DNA of 60,157 bases, filler included, from Trichosphaerium sp. ATCC 40318 (lineage: Eukaryota > Protista > Tubulinea), in NCBI GenBank assembly GCA_038496445.1. It is 3 parts of 3 records of this genome, joined end to end, with 100 filler letters (N's around TTAATTAATTAA, not from the genome) between each part and the next. Parts side by side here need not be neighbours in the genome. Positions count along the whole stretch, not along the records: positions 43,641 to 60,157 come from JALMLS010000200.1; 2 more parts are not named here. One strand, written 5' to 3'. Made by a program: the position numbers and the translations under genes. Position 1 is the first letter of the stretch. Every line of letters begins with the position of its first letter. Shown piece by piece: positions 49,906 through 60,157 of the stretch. The notes below the pieces were generated by a model that worked only from the letters and a program-made list of their open reading frames with translations, was not told where the DNA came from and ran no database searches.

Positions 49906-51780
49906 ATGTTGTCTTTTACAAATACTATTATACTGGCTTCTGTTGTCCTTGTTGGTACCTACCCCGTCTTTACTATAAATTCTCCATGTATCTTTAACCC
50001 AATTCAATAGCTCATGTTGCGATGGGTGCCAACAAATGGGACGATATTCAGGGGTTCAATGATGTCGCAGAAAACCTGAATCTCACTGAACACCTTGTTA
50101 TCCCTTTAGTAGCTGCTGGTGATATCGCTGGTCATGGACCTACAATATGTGTTGTTTCGTCAATTGAAAACAAAACCTTTGTAGGCGATCAACTTGCTAG
50201 TAAAAAACCTAGCGGCCTATTGGTGGTAGTAGGAACACAACAGAGTACGACTATTTTCCTCTTTGTTTAGTTTTGTTTACAAAACTATGTGCAAGGTTTT
50301 GCTTCTAAAACAGTGGCTGTGTTCCGACTCTACAATATGGAAAGAGCATATGGGGTTGTACATGGAAATAATGAGTTTTCTTTTGTTTCTTGCGATTTAC
50401 GGCTGGTCAAGCGTGGATACTCTCCTTTACCTTGCCGCATGAGGTTCATAAGTGCAAAAGCATCAGGAGTAAGTTGTGTAATTCTTTTGGTTTTAAGGTC
50501 TTCAGTCACTAATCACGTGATACCCATTTAATACTATCATTGATTTTAACATGTCACAGGTATTCGAGATATCAGAACCAATTGAATTTAGTGACTCAGC
50601 AGTGGTGGTACCTTTCAGCTTTGGGTTCACTTACGATTCATGTATGTTTTGAGTTTTAGCACTATTTCAAGTACTAATGGAGTGTAACTTAGCTTCAAAA
50701 ACGTATGTCATTGTGAACGACTATGTTAACTTGCGTGATGTTTTTCCAATATATGTTGATGCGGTGTCACGAAATGTTACCATTGACATTGGTAATGGCA
50801 CGAGTACGTTGTAATACAAAGCAAAAAATACTATTGTACACTCCTTAACTTTTTTTTGGTGCAGTTACTACTGAGCGAATATTTGGTGGTGATGCTTCTG
50901 TTGATGATAGTAGGTGCACTGTAGTTGCTTTTAAAACTTCTAAAGCAAGCGACAAGGGTGTTGTGAGAATGACAGTATTGAAGGGAAAAGAGACAGTACG
51001 AATTCTGCACTGATTTTTTTTTTGGAACAACCAGGTTTACACGCTGTTTACAACACGTGCTAGTTTCTTTATGAGTATGCTCTTGTAAATACATCATTCG
51101 TATCACAACCAATGAATCTCGCATATGATTCAGTTTCAGATCAGTTTGCATTAATATACGGGGAAGAAACAGACTTTGCTGACATTGAAATCAAAGTACT
51201 TCAATTCAAAGTCAAGTGTGAAGCAAATGTAAAGGTTACAGTGATTGGGACGAGGAATATATCGGCAAATTTTGTATCACGGGCTGTTTCATATTCAATC
51301 GTTGCATCGCCTTCAGCTGATAACGCTTTCATTGTAACTTACACTAATGGAACAAACACGTATATGTCAGCGTTATCATCAACAGCGTCACTTGTTGACA
51401 CTGTCCTCCCTAACAATACATTTGAAGATCCAAGGATGTCAAGAGTGGCATGGCTTCCAGGAAAATCGTGTGGTGTTGGAATTGTACGATCTGAGTTGTT
51501 TTAACGTAGATGTTATTTTAATACTGTTGCTTAGGTTGTAGCTCAGACTGAAAGAAGTATACCTAAAGGACAAAACACAACTACGTCCTTTATTTTTGTT
51601 GATGAATCGTTAAACATATTCACATGTTCATCACCTACTTCGGCACCTACAAATTCGCCAGCATTAGAACCACCAATCATGACAACTACACCACCAACAA
51701 GTATGATCCCTACAAGTGATGCTCGTCTGTTTGCAAATTGTTTTGTGCTCTTTATTGTTATTGTTACTTTATTGGTGTAA
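49906..51780 (+). CDS. Secreted or GPI-anchored surface protein, multi-exon
   Basis: Signal peptide MLSFTNTIILASVVLV; Pro/Thr-rich stalk; hydrophobic C-terminus FVLFIVIVTLLV*. Confidence 0.65.
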
Positions 51781-52593
51781 CGTAAACTACATATGTAGTA
51801 CTGCTTAATGTTATCATAGTAATAAACAAGCATTCTCAGATCACAAATTTTATTTTTTTTATAATCCATATCCTCCGAGTGAGTACGTTTGGTCGCCTAT
51901 CAATCGTAACAAAGCCATAGCAAAGCAGTGATATTGTCTTTAAAACAGAGTATATTTTTCTACATACTAAACTGCCATTTCACTTTGGTCTACAAAGCTT
52001 CTGTTAGAATTGCCGAGATTGATGAGCATGACTTAATCAAATACATTCACTGTCCAGGTTCAATCTCACCAACTCTAACGGGAAAACAGCTCCCACGTGA
52101 TGAGGATTCTGTATGTTCGTAATGTTTGGCAACGTAAGGTTAAGAGTGTTACATCACGTGATGTTCGCAGAGGACCATTTGTTTTTCCGACGGATAGTAA
52201 AAACATTATTTTCAAGTGATTAGAAAACTCCCAACGTTTTATCTAGGTGTCTAACAGCTTACTAAGGAATAGAAAGAACTTACGAACTAATAAGTATCGC
52301 GCTATACACGACACTATAAAACGGTTCACAAGCACGTGCTGATAAACACAAACCGTGATCAATAACTCTACAACCAACCACAGCAACGAATAAAGTCATA
52401 AATATTTTTGCAAGTTGCAATGCAGTGCACATTAAGATAAAGTGTCAATGTTTCCTGACCCGACTAATTATTCAGTGATTACATTTAACAACAAACACGC
52501 ACGAATAAATTTGATAACACAGTATCCTAAATCCTCCTATAACTGGTTTGCTCATACGAACTTTTGATCGTAGCAATACACATCCACACAAAT

Positions 52594-53930
52594 ATGTCTT
52601 GTACGAGTATTTTAACACTGGTTTCAATTGTACTCGCTGGTACCTACTCGCAAGTTTAATGTATACTCGGTATTGCTTCTGTTAACCCAAACTACTAGCT
52701 CATGTTGCAATGGGTTCCAACAAATGGGAGGATATTCAGGGGTTTACAGATGTCGCAGAAATCCTTGATTACACTGAACACCTTGATAGCCCTTTAGTAG
52801 CTGCTGGTGACATCGCTGGTCATGGTCCTACGGTGGTTATTGTGTCATCAATCGAAAACAAAACCTTCGTAGGGGATAACTTATCATTTGTGGATGATAC
52901 TGGCGTTTTGGTAGTCGTAGGAACACAACAGAGTACGACTTTTGCTGGTCTGTTTGAGTTAACTTTTAACAAAACTATAGGCATCGCTTCTAAAACAGCG
53001 ACAGTACTTCGCGTGTTTGGTATGGAAAGAGCATATGGTGTTGTACATGGAAATAATGAGTTTGCTTTTGTTTCTTGTGATAAACTACGGCTTGTCAAGC
53101 GTGGATTTCGCCCATTACCTTGCCGCATGAGGTTCATAAGTGCAAATGCATCAGGAGTAAGTTGTGTAATTCTTTTGGTTTTAAGGTCTTCAGGTCACTA
53201 ATCACGTGATACCCATTTAATACTATCATTGATTTTAACACATCACAGGTATTCGAGATATCAGAACCAATTGAATTTAGTGACTCAGCAGTGGTGGTAC
53301 CTTTCAGCTTTGGGTTCACTTATGATTCTTGTATGGTATTTTGATGTTCCACTTACTAACAGATTTGTAACCTAGCTTCGAAAACGTATGTCATTGTGAA
53401 CGACTATATTAACATAAGGGATGTATTTCCAATATATATTGATGCAAAATCACGGAATGTTACCATTGAGTTTGGTAATGGCACTTGTACGCGATAACCA
53501 ATCAACACTTATTCATTTTTACACCACCAGCTTTCTAACGTATTTTTTGGATTGCAGTTACTACTGAGAGCCTATTGGGTGGTGATGCTTCTGTTGACAA
53601 TAATGGATGTATTGTAGCTGCCTTTAGGAGCCATGATCCATCATCGAAAAGATCTAATGAAGACGGCATTTTGAGCATGACCGTAGTGAAGGGAAAAGAG
53701 ACTGTACGAACTCTTGTGGTTTATTTCTAAAACTCTTCATTCACATTTTTAAATCGCACGTGCTAGTTTTTTTATACGTACACTCTCATAAATACTTCGT
53801 TCGTTTTGCAAATTGCAATGGAGCTCGCCTATGACCCGGTATCAGAACAGTTTGCATTAATTTACGGAGAGAGAACAGATGTTGGAGCTATCGAAATCAA
53901 AGTACTTCAATTCAAAGTAAAGTGTGAAGT
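52594..53930 (+). pseudogene. 3'-truncated paralogue of 49906-51780
   Basis: Exon-by-exon similarity ends abruptly after KVLQFKVKCE (~53929). Confidence 0.6.
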
Positions 53931-54074
53931 AGCGATGTTCCAAACGAATAGAATACCGAATCTATGGCCAGAACGTAAAAAGTTGGAAATAGTCGACTAT
54001 ATTCCGATTCGGTTTTCAGAGAAGAGCGACTGTGATACTGAAAGTTGTTAGCTTTTTTTTTTAATCACCAAGTG

Positions 54075-54640
54075 TTTCATCCAAACCACTCTCATATGTT
54101 TTAAAATGCATAGTTCTATACATAGAGTGGTTGAAAGCCCTATATTGAGTGAGTTTAAGACATCTACACTTTAGCAGTAAAACTAAGTCACAGTAAGCCT
54201 AACTAACGCCCTTCCGTTATGAATGAATAATTTGAATATTCAAATACAGCCTATATTCACAAATATTCATGACTAAAAAAATTCATTCATTATTCATGCC
54301 CTTTTTGCTGCCGCTTACGCAGTAGAAAATTGATCGCGCAGCATTGGTTTACAGTTTGGCTGTTACAATTCTACTTACAATAAGAACTACAATAACACAT
54401 CACAGACAAGAGTACTGCACACATGAATACGTTGTGAGTGACGGTTTTACGATTTGCCGCCACGAAAATAAAGCATCATAAAACTGAAGTTGTTGGCTTT
54501 TTTTTCAGTCTCTATGTGCTTTTTTTTCATCCAAACTACTCGCATATGTTCTTTCAAGCATAGTTCTATACATAGAGTGGTTGAAAGCCATATATTGAGT
54601 GAGTTTAAGATATCTACATTTTAGCGGTAAAACTAAGTCA
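54075..54640. repeat. Pair of ~115-bp direct repeats (54075-54190 and 54525-54640)
   Basis: GCATAGTTCTATACATAGAGTGGTTGAAAGCC.TATATTGAGTGAGTTTAAGA shared. Confidence 0.8.
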
Positions 54641-54954
54641 TTGTAGCCCTACCCGACACTTTTGTTGTGTGAAATTGTGCCAGTGGTGACGTTTTTTTGA
54701 CAATTCGAGCCAATCTTGAGCCCGCCACGTGATCTATTTTTTTGCTGTCTCAAAACCACTTTTTAGTACTTTCCACGCGTAGAAATAGCCATCACTTGAG
54801 GTAAAACATATTTTAACACAATTTTGTAGTTTTATCTATTCACTTGCTCTATTAAAAAAAAGTCGCAGACGTGTTCGGATGTAAAAAAATGGGTTCAGGA
54901 CAGCAATAAGGATGTAATTTGTGCCGTTTTGTCTCACCACAAAAAAGCGAAAAG

Positions 54955-55560
54955 AATGCTCTATATCATTGATTTAGAAAGCGAAATAGATTACAAGTGG
55001 CCTTTGCTATCAAAATACACGCAACAACAACAAGATTTGATAGAGACTTGAAAAAGAATGCAAAGTGGATTCAGAAAGGACACCGTTTCAAAATCCTTGT
55101 TACTTGGAGTCATGGTCAAAAACATGGAGAGTACAAGAGTTGGTACCTTAATAGTGATCAAGTGTATGAGGAATACCGCATGTTAATGGTAAAATTGAAG
55201 GAGAGTACAAGGTATGGTCTTCTCGTGGTGACTTATACAAGAAGTGTCATTATGTTAGAGGTCTGCTTAGTGGAGAATACATAGAGTACGACAAAGGCTC
55301 ATTGAAAAAGCATTGTCATTTTTTAGATGGTAAGGTTGAAGGAGAGTACAAGAAGTGGTACAAGAAAGGACAGTTGCAGGTGCATTGCCATTTTGTGAGT
55401 GGTGTAAGGCACGGAAAGTGCAAAAAGTGGTATGACAATGGTCAGTTGCAGTTTACTGGTTCATATGATAATGGCAGAGTGGATGAGAATGTAAGTATTG
55501 GCGTAGTACTGGTCAGTTGACCAGAGCATGTACATATAGCAATCGGTAGACTGAGCAAAC
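54955..55560 (+). pseudogene. Frameshifted F-box/MORN-variant family copy
   Basis: IIDLESEIDYKWPLLSKY, TTRFDRDLKK..WSHGQKHGEYK and GEYKKWYKKGQL lie in different frames. Confidence 0.7.
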
Positions 55561-55669
55561 CCTTGCGTTACAGTGGACGACAAAGACTTTCCTCTTCAAA
55601 AAAGAGATGACAGTGCATAAAATTAAAACAAGTTTTGGTTATTTTTTCTCCATTTATTTTTTTGATTCA

Positions 55670-58600
55670 ACTTCACTAAGTTGCTCAGTGATAGATTCCT
55701 CTGATTCCCATTTACGATCCCTAAAAGAGGGAATTAATTCACCATAATCTCAACAGTAGTTGACCAGAAAAAACAGAGAAAATATCAAACTACAAAGATA
55801 AAAAAAAACGGTCGAAAAAGTGAATCTTTGCTTTACCTCTTTGATGCTCGCTTAGTTATAAGCTTTCTACTATCCTCTTCATTTGATGCTCTAGAACTTA
55901 CAATACTGCTCACTAATGATGAGCTTTTAAAATGTCTTCTTTTTTACTTCTGGAGCTCTTTGAAGAAAACAGTTTAGAGTTTTTGTTTAAAAGTGATTTC
56001 TTGTCTTACCCTCTTTGAAGACTGCAACGTAGTCTCTGAGTTTGTTAAGTTATCTGTATCCACGTTAAGATTAAGTGTATCTGCAGCTGTTCTCATTGGT
56101 GCTTTTACATTCGTTGTACGTGTTGAATGAGTTCGTTTTCTTCTTGAGCTGGTACTAATACCATTTTTCAAATCGTTTCCTTGTCTTGAAGCCAAAGATA
56201 TTTGTCGCACGTGTTTTGTTGTTTCTTAGATCCCAATGATAGTCTTTTTGATTTTTTAGCTATTTCAGCTGACTGCTTATCGACTTGTATGTTCATTGTT
56301 GCACTACAAATAAAATAAATAAAATAATGAAGACATCAAGTCAGTAAGTAAAAACACTCGTTCAACTTTACCCTGCGCTGTTTTTTGTTGGTGGCCAGTT
56401 TCGTTTTGGTGTTGGTGAAGTATTAATGGTGTCTAGATCTTCCACTGTAGCTCTTTTAACTCTAAAAAAAACGAAATAATTAGTCTCCAACGAATGGCAT
56501 AAGGACTTGACCGTTTGGTCTTCTTTTTGAAAGGTTTTTTAAATACGTACTTCGGGCTTTCTACTGTAGTTTCTAGTGTTGCGTTTGGGTCAAGAGTATC
56601 AGATCGTATGGTACTATGCGTATTCGATGCTATGCCTATATCCTCTACAGTACTTGTACCATTTGGAGAAAGTACTGAGCGGATACCAGAGTCAAATGTT
56701 CTGATAGGTGATATATCAGGGTTGCTTCCTGAGTTCTGAGTGACGATTTTTGAGGTATACGATAAGAATTTTGATATGAATAAAATACCAATAGTTGTAG
56801 CGGACCATATCATAATACCTATTAAGCGTGTCAGCGAAAAAAAAAATAGGAATAAAATAAGAAACAAAACTGGAAAAAACACAATCTGGCGTGTGCTAAC
56901 AACAGAACAAAGAAAATGAGCACACCCATAAATTTAAGTATTAATAATATCCTATCAAAGATATCTCAGGCGTTAATAGATACTTGGTGATGAGTAATCA
57001 CTGTGGTTTTGTAAAAGTAATCGAAATCAAAAAGTTTCATTTTCTTTTGAACGTACAAACAGCATAAGCGATAAATGTTGACACAAACTCATCTTGCCAT
57101 AATGCATATCAATACCCCCGATGTTATAATAAACATAATAATTGATACCAAAGTCTTAAACCAGGTCAAAAAGAACCAAGAATAAAAAAAAAGTACAAAA
57201 AATTAACATACAACATATCCAGGTATCTTGGCTCTCTTGCCCACAAATCTACAGACCTTGCATACCAGCTAAGTGCAGCATTGCACACAAGTATTAAACT
57301 CTACTTCAAGTTAGCTAGCTCATATGCTCAAAAAGAGTGACACATACCAAAGCAAAGGCAAGAATCGCAAACCACGTTGCCATTTTCGAATGATAACAAG
57401 AAAGTGAAACTAAAGGTTCTCCACTTCTCTCAACAATAAACTGCTTTGGAGAAAAATCATCTGCTGTAGACGCTACCAGTACCTTCATAACGTAAATTAA
57501 ATATAACCCACCACATTGACTTACAAGCAAGATTGGATAAAGCGTAGCTAAAGCAATAACACAAGCCAAAATTTGAGGAATTATTTTCTTTTGAACATCT
57601 TTGCTGTACAAGGCCACTATTAATCTGCCACCTACAGCCCTAATATCATTGTTAGATAAAAATAAAGGAATAGTATTACCCCATGCTCAAAGTAAAACCG
57701 CATACTGATAACCAAAGACGAAGGCTACAAGTGAACGTAGTAACTTCTAAATACCTACAAAATTACTTAGCTCAAATCTACTATGATTGTGTCACGTACC
57801 AGAAATATATTGATATTATTAAGAGAATTGTACCGTTGCAATAAGTGAGCAAAAATACTCCGGATTCGCCAAAGGATGTACGTAATCGTAAGAGAATGAC
57901 CTAATTGAAAAAAGAAACACATTTAGTAAAGTTTCGCCAATTGCTCAAATGTCTGTACCATGCAACAAACAGAAAGTATGCCAATTACCATATGGTAATA
58001 AATACTAACATCACTATTCCCTCCACTCTTTCTATTAAAGTATACTCTACAGTAGATTTCAGTGAACTATTAAGAAAGCTCAAGTGGTTTAAAAGTTCAC
58101 GTACCATCAAGGGTTCCATAACCAATATTATTCAAAGTAGTCGTGAGAGGATTGTTGATCCAGTAGAAGATGTTAACGTCCATTTACCGTCATATTGGGC
58201 AGCCTTCATCCAGGCACCGTTAGACCGGTCAAAGTGCCACATAAAAAGTCCGCTCCATTTTAAAGTCAGCAAACTGTAAAAATTCCTTTCACCGTTTGTA
58301 CCTTAATCTTCTACTGTCGTTTAAATTTACATGACATGACCACTTTTCCCTTCAATAGATACGCTATTTAAGGCAATTATTGGATCCTCACCAGCCTAAC
58401 TGTGTAAGCAAAAAAAAAAATACCAAAAGGAATCTTTTACTTGGTTTTTAAACATCTCATCTAGAAGCTGAATTGTATCATACAGATACCCATACTCGCC
58501 GTTTCTAAAAAACATTAAAATTGACAAAAGGGAATATCTTAAAAATATCGTACACATCGTCGAAGTTATCTGAGAAGTCACTAAAGTTTTTGGAAAGAAC

Positions 58601-60157
58601 TTCAGTACCAATAATAAGTACATTCTGTAAATCATCTTGGGTTAATTTATTTTCCGCTAAAATGACTGTCCTTTCATGCGTTATAAATAAATGAAGCTGT
58701 CAAAACCATCTAACCTATTATTGCTTCAGCTTGTTGACAATATACAACCCAAACATAGTGTTTAGAAGTGAGCTCCAAATCTCTAAAACAACAATCAAAA
58801 CTTTGGTAAATAATTTAAGAACAATTTTTATAGAAACACCCTTTACCGCACCTTGCTACTCTCAATATACTCAAAAATGCCTGTACATCGTCTGCGATTA
58901 CTACTCTTATACGTGACTGCGCTTTAATGGATATTTCAAGCGCTTCAATAACGTCAGAATCTCTGACTTCGTCAGTGTAAACTACATGCTTTATATTCTC
59001 TTTTATAATGCTTGGCTTGAATCAAAGCGTTCTATAGCCACTACCAGAGTGTTAATATAGTGCTTACAGCCAAAAAAACACAAAATACGTCTTTGTTCAA
59101 AAAACGTGACTAGCACGTGCCTTCGCCTGTATTGGGGTATTTAAAAGCAGTTATCACGAACGGTATTCTCCAACCCATAAAAGATGTAAAACTACCCAAA
59201 GAAGCCGCAGTATCAAATAAAGTAGGTGCTACATTGAAGTAGGAATGGTTTTGATATAATTCTATACTCTGTACAATACTCCAAGGTATCTATTGAGAAA
59301 AAGAAAAAAAATAAGTTAGGAATCCCAAAAGAAGATTTTATAAACTTGTAATGTCCCACTGCGTACTGTAAGTCTATTGAGTATTTGGACAATTGACGGC
59401 AACCCCTCTACTCTACTATGTACAATCAAGGCACTGCTGTCATTGGCAAAGTCTGAAATTACTCCCTGAGTACGTATGAGGTCATTTTCTAAAAGTATAT
59501 TAAAAAAGGACAAGGCGAATTGTTCGAAAGAAATATAGATGTAAACCGGGTAAGCTTGTATTTGTGCCAGTGTTTGTTATTTGTACCATCTATTTGCCAA
59601 CAAGATATGTTAGAGTTTAATTCAGCGTTCAAATTCGATACAATAGCGGCCCAGGGCGAAGAACCAGAGCAACTTGTTGCTACGACACTTATTGTTCCAA
59701 AATGCACGTGCGGTTGATATGTACAGTAGGAAATAAGCCGTAGCTATAAATATGGACGCCATATCACGTCGTGGTTGGGCTCTTTAATAGTATTGTGCCG
59801 CTTAAAATGTGCGTAAAGCAAAACACAATTAAGACGGGAAAAAAAATGGTAATAATAGATGACGACACATGTAAAGCGTGGATTTATGGTAGTTCCATAA
59901 AATCTGACGCTATCTACTCTTATAAAACTTGTGGAAAGGTAGAATTGCGAAACATTTATACTGAAACAAAGTAAGCGCTCGTACACTTGCTTTCAAGATG
60001 CAAAATGCAGAGTGTGTCAACCATAACTGTCAACCCAACTATTGCCATGACATACACAGAGGCCGCAAGACCAGGCGAAAAAGCATAAAGCTGCCTAGAA
60101 AGGCGTACTATGATCAAAGTACACCAAACGTTGAGAAAAGACCACTGAAGTTAATTA
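55670..60157 (-). CDS. Multi-exon multi-TM membrane protein with a Ser/Thr-rich tail; 58.3-60.1 kb may be its ectodomain or a separate gene
   Basis: Hydrophobic exons at 56.7-58.0 kb, polar tail exons at 55.7-56.7 kb, open exons bounded by GT-AG upstream. Confidence 0.45.

Noticed and set aside
59041-59120. Third GCACGT GC donor on the minus strand
   Set aside because: I could not find an acceptor that keeps a long open frame, so it is unsupported
1-60157. CRISPR array, DGR, rRNA or autonomous transposon
   Set aside because: No regularly spaced repeat-spacer array, reverse transcriptase, transposase or rRNA-like sequence recognised; most short antisense ORFs in the track are shadows of exons

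Overview
AT-rich eukaryotic (protist, probably amoebozoan-like) genomic DNA with many short (~40-90 nt) spliceosomal introns, so the supplied ORF track mostly shows exon fragments; I spliced gene models by eye. Two N-gaps with a TTAATTAATTAA linker join three contigs. Contig 1: HEXXH zincin, S1P-phosphatase-like PAP2, a tRNA-His/tRNA-Gln pair, a VIT-vWA (VWA5A-like) gene, an EEP hydrolase, a Cbl-like E3, a GxW-repeat protein, a PBX-like TALE homeobox gene and a 7TM-like receptor. Contig 2: tandem repeats, a pseudokinase, a six-member orphan 'GPFP' gene cluster with a palindromic core, a BTB-BACK-SPRY gene and F-box-like/MORN-variant genes. Contig 3: more F-box/MORN copies, a 2H phosphoesterase, an SDR, duplicated surface proteins and a multi-TM gene. 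Standout: the VWA5A-like protein carries an inserted, apparently complete Rab5-type GTPase domain that is circularly permuted in the order G2-G3-G4-G5-G1, which differs from the known cpRAS/cpGTPase order G4-G5-G1-G2-G3. Second: a 56-nt copy of a seemingly mature tRNA-Ser 3' half (CCA end, G34) sits PBS-like upstream of the orphan cluster.
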